Shown piece by piece: positions 49,736 through 59,440 of a stretch of DNA of 64,000 bases. The DNA is taken from the IMG/VR virus record IMGVR_UViG_3300045999_008257, positions 225 through 64,224 of that record, one strand, 5' to 3'. The notes beneath the pieces are model-generated. The model saw only the letters and a program-made list of their open reading frames with translations, had not been told where the DNA came from and made no database searches. Source of the DNA: a virus. Taxonomy: Duplodnaviria; Caudoviricetes. A program made the translations under genes and the position numbers. Numbering within the stretch: the stretch's first letter is position 1; every line of letters starts with the position of its first letter.

Positions 49736-50461
49736 ATGGATCCACGTTTTCGCGTTGAAGTCATCGCTCAAACGCCTAATCCTCAGCAGTGCATGTATGC
49801 CGCAATGCACCAGGATTATAGTGAAGGTTTTGTGTATGATGAGCGTGATAAATGGCCGGATGAAACTAAAGCTGGGGAGATCTGTGTTAAGCGATTATTA
49901 AATGGAGATAAAGGCCATTTCGGAGTGCTAGAAGCCCCACAAATTACACTTAATTGCGGATGGTTTCCACACTCCGTAATACAGCAAGCTCGAACACATA
50001 GAATAAGTGTAAGTTTCGATTGTCAGTCGATGCGTTATACTGGAGATCGTATCTGCAGAGCTGCTAGTGGCGAATTACATCTTGAAGATGTATTCTATTT
50101 GCGGCCATTGGGTCATTATACTGACCGCCAAGGCAAAAAATATGAATATACTGGTGATCAACGCGCGGAAGATCTTCGGCTTTGCAGGCTTGCCGCTGAA
50201 CGTTACCGTGATCTTCTGTCGCAAGGCTTTTCTGAAGAGCACGCACGCGGAATCCTTCCCTTTGATTATAGGCAACATTTTGTGGTTAGCTTTAATGCAC
50301 GATCATTTATGCACTTCCTTGATTTGCGTGCAAAATTAGATGCTCAGCTAGAAATTAGACAGCTTTGTGATCTGATGTGGCCACATTTTAAGGTTTGGGT
50401 GCCGCAAATTGCGGAATGGTATGAAAAGGCGCGGTTGCACAAGGCACGGTTGGCGCCATAG
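49736..50461 (+). CDS. thyX: FAD-dependent thymidylate synthase
   Basis: GHFGVLE, QQARTHRISVSFDCQSMRY, EEHARGILP, FLDLR. Confidence 0.95.
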   Translation: MDPRFRVEVIAQTPNPQQCMYAAMHQDYSEGFVYDERDKWPDETKAGEICVKRLLNGDKGHFGVLEAPQITLNCGWFPHSVIQQARTHRISVSFDCQSMRYTGDRICRAASGELHLEDVFYLRPLGHYTDRQGKKYEYTGDQRAEDLRLCRLAAERYRDLLSQGFSEEHARGILPFDYRQHFVVSFNARSFMHFLDLRAKLDAQLEIRQLCDLMWPHFKVWVPQIAEWYEKARLHKARLAP

Positions 50462-50728
50462 AGATTGTTTCAATTTGCAACTGCTTAGGTGATGGCGTGC
50501 AAGGCAGGCTTATGATTGCGTGTGAAGGGCGGCACGGATTTATGGCTGCCTTCTTTTGAAAAGCATCATGAATTCACAAGCCTTAAAAAAGGGAATCATT
50601 TGCTGGGTTTCTACCGTAACCGGCAAGACTGGGCATGGCAAGCCACTACCTCTTGAGGATGCCAATCGCCTGGCTCGCCAAGCCAACGCAAAAGATCCCC
50701 TAATTATTCACACAGTCAAAGAAGTGCA

Positions 50729-51094
50729 ATGACAACTCACAAATTTAGCATCAGAGACTGCGAAGATCTTGCAAAATCCAAGGCCGGAATAGAGGGATGG
50801 AAAGCTTGTTGCTGGGAGCGTGCCGGAGACGACTCAATTGTTACGGGATCGGTTCCTGTCGGCACCTACAGGTCTGGCCCGCGCAAGGGTAGGCTCAAAT
50901 TTGTTGGCCCCTTTACAAAAGTTGTCGTCACCAGATCGGAGCTTGAATCCGCCGCCATCGCCTATGAGGCGACTACAGGCCTCTGCTGGGATTGCAAAGG
51001 ATCCGGCCGAGTAGTGGTCGGCTGGAGCAAGGCCGAAGGATCGCGCTATCAAAGCTGTGACAGGTGCGGCGGTAGCGGGAAGGTGGCATCATGA
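50729..51094 (+). CDS. Hypothetical protein with DnaJ-type zinc-finger repeats
   Basis: CWDCKGSG … CDRCGGSG. Confidence 0.65.
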   Translation: MTTHKFSIRDCEDLAKSKAGIEGWKACCWERAGDDSIVTGSVPVGTYRSGPRKGRLKFVGPFTKVVVTRSELESAAIAYEATTGLCWDCKGSGRVVVGWSKAEGSRYQSCDRCGGSGKVAS

Positions 51095-51687
51095 CTCACA
51101 CTATGCCACCAGAATTGCGTCGATTTGTTGATTTTCTTGCCGCCAACCCATCACCAGTTAATGTAGTTGAAGGCAAATTTTATATGGTGCCTTGTGTAGC
51201 GCAGCCGAAGAATGCCATGCCAAATGATCATCCTGCTTATGTTCCGCTAATCGGAACTGTGCACGAAGATCGAGACGTGGTTGGGTTTGATCCTTGGCAT
51301 GTGCATGTAGACACTAGATTTATCACATATAAACGTCATTACTTAGCCTATCGTAACCTTGGTTATCCAGTTAGCCTAACCAATCATCCATGGTTGACCG
51401 AAAAATGGCCCGAAGAAGAGCTTAATCTATGGGCTTATTCAGAGCTATCGGTAAGACGCTTCAAGGCTCGCCGATCAGCACCGCCCTGGCTGCCACCAAA
51501 TGCTGCTAGATGGCAACGCGATCTAGAAGACGCCTACGCAGACGCCAGCGCCGCGCGTGGCGTCTGCCCCCACCGTCAGCTCCCGCTGGCCGCTGGCCGC
51601 GGCGTGGGCAATGGTGTGCGCCAGTGCCCTGGCCATGGGCTGTGCTGGGATCATGATGGGCGCATGGTGCGCCAGGTGGCATCATGA
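51091..51687 (+). CDS. Protein with a C-terminal Rieske [2Fe-2S]-like motif
   Basis: VCPHR…QCPGHGLCWD (CxH…CxxH). Confidence 0.65.
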   Translation: MTHTMPPELRRFVDFLAANPSPVNVVEGKFYMVPCVAQPKNAMPNDHPAYVPLIGTVHEDRDVVGFDPWHVHVDTRFITYKRHYLAYRNLGYPVSLTNHPWLTEKWPEEELNLWAYSELSVRRFKARRSAPPWLPPNAARWQRDLEDAYADASAARGVCPHRQLPLAAGRGVGNGVRQCPGHGLCWDHDGRMVRQVAS

Positions 51688-52040
51688 CAGAAAAAGAGAT
51701 CAGACAAATAGTCCATCAAAAATACAATGGACACTGCGCTTATTGCGGGAAACAAATTAGCATTCGCGAAATGCAAAAAGATCACATCGTGCCGCGATAC
51801 CACAAGCAAAAAAATAAAGAAGGCAAAGGATCTAATGAGATCAGCAACCTAAACCCTGCTTGCGCTCGTTGCAATAAGTGGAAAGGCACATGGAGCATAG
51901 AAGAATTTAGGGATGTTATACAAAAGTCTTTAGATAGATTAGATAGAGATACTCCCAATTTTAGATTGGCCAAAGATTACGGTTTAGTAATCGTTACATC
52001 TACAAAAGTTAAATTTTATTTTGAATGGGACATCATATAA
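51684..52040 (+). CDS. HNH endonuclease
   Basis: CAYCG…DHIVP…NLNPACARCNKWK. Confidence 0.9.
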   Translation: MTEKEIRQIVHQKYNGHCAYCGKQISIREMQKDHIVPRYHKQKNKEGKGSNEISNLNPACARCNKWKGTWSIEEFRDVIQKSLDRLDRDTPNFRLAKDYGLVIVTSTKVKFYFEWDII

Positions 52041-52066
52041 AAAGGGGCCTAACAGCCCCGATTTTT
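52038..52066. terminator. Bidirectional terminator
   Basis: A-tract-GGGGC-ctaaca-GCCCC-gaTTTTT between convergent genes. Confidence 0.65.
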
Positions 52067-52079
52067 ATGTCAAAAATTG

Positions 52080-52484
52080 TTACCACTCATCAAGGGTAGA
52101 GTTACCCTTGATATAATCATAAGTACCGCTTCCATGGGCAATAACAAACTCACCATCTATTTTATGACGAGCTAAACCATTTGGCCCTTTTATTGCATGA
52201 TTATTTTGATACCAGTCATCAGGTTTTTTCATGTGGTTCCATTTTCTATCTGTAATAATTTCAATCATGCGCTCAACGGTGATTCGTTCTCCGTATTCAT
52301 CTTCAATTGTATTGGCTGAATTATTAAAAAGCCTGTTCCAATCATCTAAATAAGAAATACCAAGACTTGGATACACACGCAAGCCAAAACACCAGCCACC
52401 AGAAGATCTTCCTATTTCTATCTTTTTTTCTGGCTTGCCGCAGTGCGGGCAAATGTTTTTGAGGAGATAGTAATCAGTGCTCAT
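52080..52484 (-). CDS. Conserved hypothetical phage protein (CPHCG…IGRSSGGW.F…DEYG)
   Basis: ATG ORF with a promoter at 52510-52559. Confidence 0.7.
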   Translation of the reverse strand: MSTDYYLLKNICPHCGKPEKKIEIGRSSGGWCFGLRVYPSLGISYLDDWNRLFNNSANTIEDEYGERITVERMIEIITDRKWNHMKKPDDWYQNNHAIKGPNGLARHKIDGEFVIAHGSGTYDYIKGNSTLDEW

Positions 52485-52650
52485 TTTGAAGCGATGTTTT
52501 CAATGATTAATCATAAAGTCTACTGGCCATCGTGGCTTGACTTGTTACAAGGCTTAACATTTGCAAATGTTAAGGGCACCATAAAGGTGCCCAGGTAGCC
52601 CTACTTTCACGTCTAGCATGATTCCAGGCCTATCATATTCTAACAGATCA

Positions 52651-52986
52651 TTAATCAACTTGCCGCAATCGGGATTGCATTCTTAAAATAGCCAAATCGG
52701 TTTTTTCTCTTGCCAATTGCAGTCTTGAAATAGCTAAATCAGCATTGTTTGACTCAATTTGTAAAATTGCTTTTTGCGCCTCAGCCATATCTTCGTCAAA
52801 TTTTTTCTTTCTCTCTTTAGCTTCTTTGTTAAACTTTATTTGTCTAATCACAAGAATAGGCGGCACTATGGCAAGATATACGCAAGCAGCAATAAAGTCA
52901 GGCTGAATGTTCATAATTATTAGAGCAATAAGAACGACTGCAGCCAAAGAGTGCGATTGCAAGGATAATAAGACGGCCAGGACCAT
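52651..52986 (-). CDS. Membrane-anchored coiled-coil protein
   Basis: TM helices then coiled coil. Confidence 0.5.
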   Translation of the reverse strand: MVLAVLLSLQSHSLAAVVLIALIIMNIQPDFIAACVYLAIVPPILVIRQIKFNKEAKERKKKFDEDMAEAQKAILQIESNNADLAISRLQLAREKTDLAILRMQSRLRQVD

Positions 52987-53149
52987 GAGGAATATTATGA
53001 GGAGTTTCGTTTACCTTGCCTGGTGCAAGTGGGAGATCATGTTTTTTTTCTAAATCTTGAGACTGATCGCTTTGCATATTGAAAACCCTTAACTCACGTT
53101 AGCAGATACTAATAAAGCAGATGCTAATAAGTTAAAATTTCCATAATAA

Positions 53150-53365
53150 TTACAGGCCCACAACGTGAGACGTCGCGCCTTGAGCATCCTTAAACAAAAC
53201 TTTTCCATTGTTTCTCTCTATATTTTTTGCCTCCTTGTATAACGCAACTGCGCGACGGAAAATCTCTGCACGAGTGAGGCCGGTCGAATCGCTGATGCTG
53301 TCAAGCTGATCAGCCAACTCTTTGGGCATGCGAATGTCAAAACGTTGCCGATCGAGAACGGACAT
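53150..53365 (-). CDS. Ribbon-helix-helix (CopG-like) regulator
   Basis: RFDIRMPKELADQLD…TRAEIFRRAV. Confidence 0.85.
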   Translation of the reverse strand: MSVLDRQRFDIRMPKELADQLDSISDSTGLTRAEIFRRAVALYKEAKNIERNNGKVLFKDAQGATSHVVGL

Positions 53366-53632
53366 GTTTTTCCTGTTGTAATAGGACGTAAATCAGTCAC
53401 ATCATAGCACAAAACAGATAATTAATCAGCTTGCCGCTCCCTCTTGCCGCAGCCGCGATTCCATCCGCGATGCGGCGCAGGAGAGATCCTTGTTCGTCAA
53501 CTTCAGATCCGATAGCAATAAGGAGAGTTGTTTGTTCTGTGATTCTATCTTCTGTCTTAATTCTTTCTCGGTTGTTACGGGCTTGTTCATAATTCAGGAT
53601 TGAACTATCCACATTATAGCACAAATTAGCCA

Positions 53633-53722
53633 TCACTCTTCCAGTGCAATCAAAGTAATTAAAACCCCCGGCAACTCACTACCAACACAATAGCGCTTGC
53701 TCGTATTGCCATCCACAATAAT
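53633..53722 (-). pseudogene. Remnant duplicate of the rusA 3' end
   Basis: VDGNTSKRYCVGSELPGVLITL versus VDGNTSKRYCVGDELPGVLITL in the intact gene; in-frame TAA upstream. Confidence 0.75.
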
Positions 53723-53799
53723 GTCTTTTTGTTATTTCATGATAAGGAATTTTTAACCAAAAAATCCAACTATTAAAAGCTAGTACAAATCGCTTAAGA

Positions 53800-54252
53800 T
53801 TATACATCATTATTCAAATACCAAAAATTTAAGGTAATTAAAACGCCTGGTAATTCATCACCAACACAATAGCGTTTACTTGTATTACCATCTACAACAT
53901 AACTATCATCTTTGTACAAGACACCTGTCAAGGCGTCACTTATTGCACGCAATAACTTATCCCTATCAGGACGTGTTGTCATGTATTTAGGCGCATTAAA
54001 CTTAAGACCTTTTTTATTAAAATGTGACTTAGGTCTTTCAAATATAAATACAGCACTCATTGATACTGGACCTTCTATTATTGGTGCATCAAGATCAATG
54101 GCAACACTTCTTACTAAATCACGCCATTCTTTGAGTTGCTTACATGTTTCAATCAATATAGCAGTACCATTTTTATTTTTGCCAACATATTTCTTTGATC
54201 CTTGTGGCGCAGGATTCATCCCTCGCACTTCAAATGTGATTGCATTGGTCAC
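53800..54252 (-). CDS. rusA: RusA-family Holliday junction resolvase
   Basis: PAPQGSK, RPDRDKLLRAISDALTG..YKDDS.VVD. Confidence 0.9.
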   Translation of the reverse strand: MTNAITFEVRGMNPAPQGSKKYVGKNKNGTAILIETCKQLKEWRDLVRSVAIDLDAPIIEGPVSMSAVFIFERPKSHFNKKGLKFNAPKYMTTRPDRDKLLRAISDALTGVLYKDDSYVVDGNTSKRYCVGDELPGVLITLNFWYLNNDV

Positions 54253-54257
54253 TTTGT

Positions 54258-54872
54258 TTAGTGATCAGGATGTGCTATTTTAGCATTACGCTTTCTATTT
54301 ACACTAGCACAATACAAAGCATCCACCCAAGCCTGTAACACTTCATCGCCATTGTGCAGCTCAATCTTCACCTGTTCATCACTCACTTGAATCAAGCTGC
54401 AAACTTCAATCATTACTCCCCGATCAGCCAATGTGGCCACCGCTGAGCCCATCTCAGCCCATGGCGCAACAGCAGGAGCACCGCCTAAGCCGCTTGGCCA
54501 TACCGAAACTAACCCCAGCCCCTTGCTACCTAAATTCGCTGCAATATCAACAGTTACAGCAGCTTCATGTTGCGGAACTATTAAGTGAATCATTGCACCT
54601 AAAATCTCCATCTTTTCCCATAACTTATGATTGATTAAAATATCTATCATCGGCTTAACGGAATTAAACTTATCCGATGGCTTCCAGTCTTTGTTTTTTG
54701 CATAACTAATAGCAGCCGCACGCAGTAGCTTATTGCGCCCAGAAAATGATGGCGGTAAATTATACGCTTCTGATATGATATTCATCGCAGGCATCAAGAT
54801 CTTTTCTCCTGCAATATATAAGCCTTCTTCAGGCACAGGCTTTACATCATCGCCCTTGATCCATTTCACCAT
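54258..54872 (-). CDS. Hypothetical protein
   Basis: Coupled ORF in the replication operon. Confidence 0.55.
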   Translation of the reverse strand: MVKWIKGDDVKPVPEEGLYIAGEKILMPAMNIISEAYNLPPSFSGRNKLLRAAAISYAKNKDWKPSDKFNSVKPMIDILINHKLWEKMEILGAMIHLIVPQHEAAVTVDIAANLGSKGLGLVSVWPSGLGGAPAVAPWAEMGSAVATLADRGVMIEVCSLIQVSDEQVKIELHNGDEVLQAWVDALYCASVNRKRNAKIAHPDH

Positions 54873-55600
54873 GGCACATCACCCCCTTCTGTTGTAGTGT
54901 CTTCAATAGATCCCAGCCTTTCTTTAATAGCTATTTCTAGCATTTCTTGTGCTAATTTTTTGTTGCGGGCGATCCATTCATAAGCCAAGGTACCCTGATG
55001 TAATAATGGTTTTTTTCCCATTGATCCACGTAATACGCTTTCGTACATTATCTTGCCCAGTGGACCTTGCAATGGAAATTCAAGTAGTTGTTTTGTTGGT
55101 TCTATTGTTGAAATTAAAATCTTACATTTTTCATAGTATTTGCGCCGTTCTTCTATTGTCATACTGTTTACATTCCAGTAGGCACCAGCCGGTAGCCTGT
55201 ATTCATCTGAAATGGGCATAAATTCCTCGCGCTGTGGTGATGGGTCGTGAAAAGTGTCTGGATCAGATATTCTCGTTCTCAGGTCACTTCTAAAGCCACG
55301 ATTTAATACTGCTACATTATTTTGCAGTGGGTAAATATATCTAAATAGTTGCATGTGAAACGCCATGTCATCTGGTGGATTTGGATCTAGCAGCCGCTGC
55401 TTAATTGCATATTGCAAAATGAACGGATTCAACTCTACAACCACCTTATCTGATAATTGCACATACATCTTGGCTAAAGTCGTTGTAGATAACTGCCGCA
55501 TCTTCGGCAACATTTCTAATGCGCAAGCAATCAACCCGGTGAAATCTTCTTCGCTGATCATGTCGGGAATTGTTGTAGGATTTGACCCATCAAACAGCAC
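54866..55600 (-). CDS. Hypothetical replication protein (helicase-loader position)
   Basis: Directly downstream of the initiator; function inferred from position only. Confidence 0.45.
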   Translation of the reverse strand: MLFDGSNPTTIPDMISEEDFTGLIACALEMLPKMRQLSTTTLAKMYVQLSDKVVVELNPFILQYAIKQRLLDPNPPDDMAFHMQLFRYIYPLQNNVAVLNRGFRSDLRTRISDPDTFHDPSPQREEFMPISDEYRLPAGAYWNVNSMTIEERRKYYEKCKILISTIEPTKQLLEFPLQGPLGKIMYESVLRGSMGKKPLLHQGTLAYEWIARNKKLAQEMLEIAIKERLGSIEDTTTEGGDVPW

Positions 55601-56777
55601 CTTGAGAAAGTGACGTGCAATCCATCATAGCAAAAAACTCAGCCTCCTCGCGTGCCTGACGTTTTTTAAGTTGTTTTACGATTTGTGAAGCTTCGTGTGC
55701 TTTCTCTAAGACATCTTGACGGCCATACCTTTGGCGTGGTTTAGATGATCCACCGCCCATCTTAATGAAGTTATTTAGAGTAATCGACATCCAGCCTTTG
55801 CCGTTAATTCTTGCTTTTATTCCAAGGTCACACTGCTCTGATACAGCATCTAAACCACCGTTTACAAAGTCATTGATTTTTGTTAACTCTTGAATCAAAA
55901 GAGACCATGCTTGAGGTGTTTTTTTGCCTGCTTTGTGCTGCCAAAATGCTATAATTTTTTCAGAAACCGGGAGCAGCGCCGCCGGAACGTCATCGTTATT
56001 AGGGCAAAAAACGGCCGATTTTGCCTTTGAGGCCTGCTTTTTGACAGGGGCCTCTAGGGGGCCTTCTAGGGGCCTTGGCTGGCCCCAGGGTGATATGGGC
56101 TGCTGAGGCTGTTTTTGGACGCTCAGGGGCGATTCTGGAGGGGTCTGAGGAGCTTGTGGCTCCAGAAACGATGGATCGCTGATCAAGAAGGTGTTCAAAA
56201 CGAGGTTTTCCACAGGGTTTTCCACAGGTTGGGGAGAAGGGGCGGTTTTTGGCTGGTCGGGCGGTGTGTCGCTGACCGAAGGTCGGCGGGATTTTGGCTC
56301 AACGGGGGAACAAAAGGGGGTTTTATCTAGGTTTCTTATCTTGTTCTTCTTAAGTTGTTCTTCTTTGTGGGCACGTGGTGCACTAGGGTAGGGCACGTGG
56401 TGCACTAGGGGTGGTGCATCTCCTGCACTAGGGTGGTGCATCTCCTGCACTAGGGCATCTCCTGCACTATCCGCCTCAACAGCCCAGTGCGCGTCCCAAA
56501 TGGTCAGCGCGTATCTGTTTGCCGCCAGGCCCCCGGTTTCGCCGATGACGTGTTCTCGAACGAGCCAGCCCCTGGCTTCCATGGTGCGCAAAACGTTTAC
56601 GACCGATCGACGGCTCATCCCTGTCTCCTCTGCCAGTAGATTAAGCGAGGGGTGAATGTTCGGAAAATGGCTCTGAAGTGCCCATAGCGTCGCAAGCTCA
56701 AACGGAGTGGTTCGCCCACGCAGCCAGTTCGGTAGCGCTGTGAAATTTGGCCGCTGGCCAATCAGCTCTGTTTTCAT
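55590..56777 (-). CDS. Replication initiator with an N-terminal winged HTH (lambda O-like organisation)
   Basis: PSLNLLAEETGMSRRSVVNVL..MEARGWL; internal iterons. Confidence 0.8.
   Translation of the reverse strand: MKTELIGQRPNFTALPNWLRGRTTPFELATLWALQSHFPNIHPSLNLLAEETGMSRRSVVNVLRTMEARGWLVREHVIGETGGLAANRYALTIWDAHWAVEADSAGDALVQEMHHPSAGDAPPLVHHVPYPSAPRAHKEEQLKKNKIRNLDKTPFCSPVEPKSRRPSVSDTPPDQPKTAPSPQPVENPVENLVLNTFLISDPSFLEPQAPQTPPESPLSVQKQPQQPISPWGQPRPLEGPLEAPVKKQASKAKSAVFCPNNDDVPAALLPVSEKIIAFWQHKAGKKTPQAWSLLIQELTKINDFVNGGLDAVSEQCDLGIKARINGKGWMSITLNNFIKMGGGSSKPRQRYGRQDVLEKAHEASQIVKQLKKRQAREEAEFFAMMDCTSLSQGAV
56206..56469. repeat. Putative origin: five TGCACTA(GGG) iterons and two TTTTCCACA DnaA boxes
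   Basis: Iterons at 56379, 56401, 56424, 56446, 56463; boxes at 56206 and 56218. Confidence 0.75.
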
Positions 56778-57042
56778 GCTAGAATTACCTCAGTGTTTTG
56801 ATCGACAGCTCCTTTCAGTCGGCAAAACTGAATCGGGAGCATCCGAGCCTACGGCGCAAACCGTAGGCTTTTTCATCTTAGCAGCCTTTTGAGATCTGCG
56901 TAACGATTCGTAACGAGTTGCGCAAGGCCTGGGGTTGGGTGCTATGGTTTTGGTTGAGTTGATCCTTTTTATGTCAGAGCGATCTCAAATTCTTGCCAGA
57001 ATTTTTGTGCTGCGGGCAAAGGCTCAGTGTGATAAATAATTC

Positions 57043-57367
57043 AATGAACAATCAATCTGTATTTTTCTTTGACGTTTATCGAGCTATTCTTGTTCTTGCG
57101 ATGAAATCTCGTTCATCCACTTGCAAAAGCGATTATGCTAGAATAGCGGATTGGTCAAGAAAGGTTCAAAAGGCAATTGATGACCATGAATCAAGCCCCG
57201 GTTTTTTTGTTACAAGAGATGTCTATCGTAGTATTATCACCATTCTGATGTGTGATAATCCTTCTCGGTTGCTTCCTAATACGCGAAAAATAGTGGAAGA
57301 CTGGGCTAACAGTTCAGCTCAGGTTTTTGGTTGTGTCGATTGGGTTGATGCGTACCACAAGCTGTGA
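57043..57367 (+). CDS. Hypothetical protein (start uncertain)
   Basis: ORF downstream of the promoter at 56900-56948; internal repeat DVYRAI/DVYRSI. Confidence 0.5.
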
Positions 57368-57601
57368 TCATTATGGAAAGTTTTGTAAACCTAGTTCCTG
57401 CTACATCGCATGATGTCCTATGGTGGCTGTTGTTCCTGTTGGCTTCGATTCTTTCACTGAGTGCTACTTGTGATGACTAACGAATTTTCCGCCATCTTCG
57501 CCTTTCTCCTGTTTCTTGCGGGATGGATGTCAATTGTATGCACCGCTGCTTTTGTGCTTATGAAAATAACTGAAGATCCCAGGGAATAACAGCTACAAAA
57601 A

Positions 57602-57674
57602 GGCGGCCTAGCAATCTGGAGAATGCAGTGGCCTCATAAGCCGCCGAAGGTGGGTTCGATTCCCACGGTCGCCA
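57602..57674 (+). tRNA. tRNA with CAT anticodon (elongator Met or Ile2)
   Basis: Acceptor GGCGGCC/GGTCGCC-A, anticodon arm GTGGC-CTCATAA-GCCGC, T-arm GTGGG-TTCGATT-CCCAC; no encoded CCA. Confidence 0.9.
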
Positions 57675-57849
57675 TTACAACTCATGACAAGCTCATGACA
57701 AGTGCAAAACCCTTGCACCACAACGGATCTCAAGGATTTTCAAGCCTGATCTGATGACGATTTTCAGCCCTTGCGATGCTGCTTTGATGCCAGGTCGCTT
57801 GCGAGTTGTTGCATTTTATGCCAAGATCATAGAAATTTAATTTCATGAC

Positions 57850-58569
57850 ATGGCAAAAAGTAATGTTTGGGATATAAATTGCGGCCATAGTTCACGAAAT
57901 AAAGAAAGCAAAGAAGCTTATCGGCGCTTTAGGATTTACCTTGAAATGGGTCCATCGCGTAACGTAAACAAGCTGTCTTCGATATTGAAAATACCAAGAC
58001 AAAATCTTTATGTTCAAGCAAAAACATATAGCTGGGCCGATAGAGTCGAAGCTTATGATACTTATATTGCAAAAGCGAATCAAATAGATAGCATGAATAA
58101 AATGGTGGATGGCCTATCGCCATTGCCTGAAGTTAATGTTTTGACGCCAGATCCTGAAGTAATAAACCCTGACGTGATTGACTATAATGCAATGACGGCA
58201 AAACCAGATAGGCATACGCAAGAAATTAGCTTATATCAAAGACAATTTAAGGGCATCGGTCAAAGTTTAGCAAATGAAGCGCTTGCTACATTAGAACTTG
58301 CTAAAGACTGTCGGGAGGTAATTCAGCAAGATGCAGAGCGATATAAAAAAGCAGTAGAAGATGGTGCACATGACAAAGCATTAAGCATTGCAAAGCGTAT
58401 GTCTGAAAAGATTAAGCAATACACTATGCTTGGTGGTTTAGCTGTAAACTATGGCAACAGCAGTCGTACACTCTGGGGCGATGCGATCGGGATCAATACC
58501 GTGCTACAGTATTTCTATACTATGCAACAAAATGTTAAGAGTGACGCGAAGGGTGGAAAGCGTGGGTAA
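57850..58569 (+). CDS. Putative terminase small subunit (HTH)
   Basis: ESKEAYRRFRIYLEMGPSR…YSWADRVEAYD pattern followed by a helical region. Confidence 0.6.
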   Translation: MAKSNVWDINCGHSSRNKESKEAYRRFRIYLEMGPSRNVNKLSSILKIPRQNLYVQAKTYSWADRVEAYDTYIAKANQIDSMNKMVDGLSPLPEVNVLTPDPEVINPDVIDYNAMTAKPDRHTQEISLYQRQFKGIGQSLANEALATLELAKDCREVIQQDAERYKKAVEDGAHDKALSIAKRMSEKIKQYTMLGGLAVNYGNSSRTLWGDAIGINTVLQYFYTMQQNVKSDAKGGKRG

Positions 58570-58788
58570 GATACGGGGGTTCCTTTAGTTGAGGTTTGAT
58601 TTTGGACGGTTCGATTCTTGATCGGTTGCGTGATACAATTGTCTTTAAATATCACAAAGTCCTAGGCCATTTTGTTGTGTTTAATAGTGAAGAGTATCTT
58701 GGTATTGATCTTTCAATTGATCAAATGACGCAACTTAGCCAGGAAATCGCTGATCTAGCGCAAAAAGCAAAGCAAGAGGAGGAAGGTA

Positions 58789-59067
58789 ATGACTGATTCA
58801 ATTCTCAAACGATTAGGAGGCATTTTCTCCGTGTGGGTTAATGCCGCAGGCACATTTACCGTGCAAGCCAAGCATTACGGTTATAAAAGTGCGCTAGAAC
58901 CCTTGACGGCAACAGAATTGCGTCAACTCGGCGACGAATTGATTGCAATGGCAGACGAAATGGAACCAGAATCAGAACAGGAAGATATTGATCCATCTGA
59001 AGCAGAAATGCACGATTGGAACAATCATCCTGCGCTCACCGCAGAGCAAAGAGGAGGCGTGAAATGA
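58789..59067 (+). CDS. Hypothetical protein
   Basis: ATG ORF with RBS GGAGGAAGG. Confidence 0.6.
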   Translation: MTDSILKRLGGIFSVWVNAAGTFTVQAKHYGYKSALEPLTATELRQLGDELIAMADEMEPESEQEDIDPSEAEMHDWNNHPALTAEQRGGVK

Positions 59068-59161
59068 ACATTGCGTTTTATGTTGCAATCGCTGTAGTTT
59101 TGCTTCCTATGATGACGGTTGCGCTTGTTGCTGCTGTTTGTGGGGTGAAAGGTTTCAAATC

Positions 59162-59440
59162 ATGAGCGAACAAATCAAGCCATTGTTTCACCTTGCAAAA
59201 CACAAAGATGGCAATCATCGCGGATTACTTAGGTTGAGATGGTTTATTAAATATGGCGATTCAATGACTGATTTTGGGTTTTCGACCAAATCAGAGGCGT
59301 TAGAATGGGTTCGTAGGCATTGGCTGCTTAATGCTGTTGATTGGCAGGTTGGATATGTATTTAGACTAAAAGGTGATACTAAGGATATTTCAATTGTCAG
59401 CAAGGATGGATATTCGCCAAAGGCCTTTTCTTGTGTTTAA
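59162..59440 (+). CDS. Hypothetical protein
   Basis: MSEQIKP… start. Confidence 0.5.
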   Translation: MSEQIKPLFHLAKHKDGNHRGLLRLRWFIKYGDSMTDFGFSTKSEALEWVRRHWLLNAVDWQVGYVFRLKGDTKDISIVSKDGYSPKAFSCV

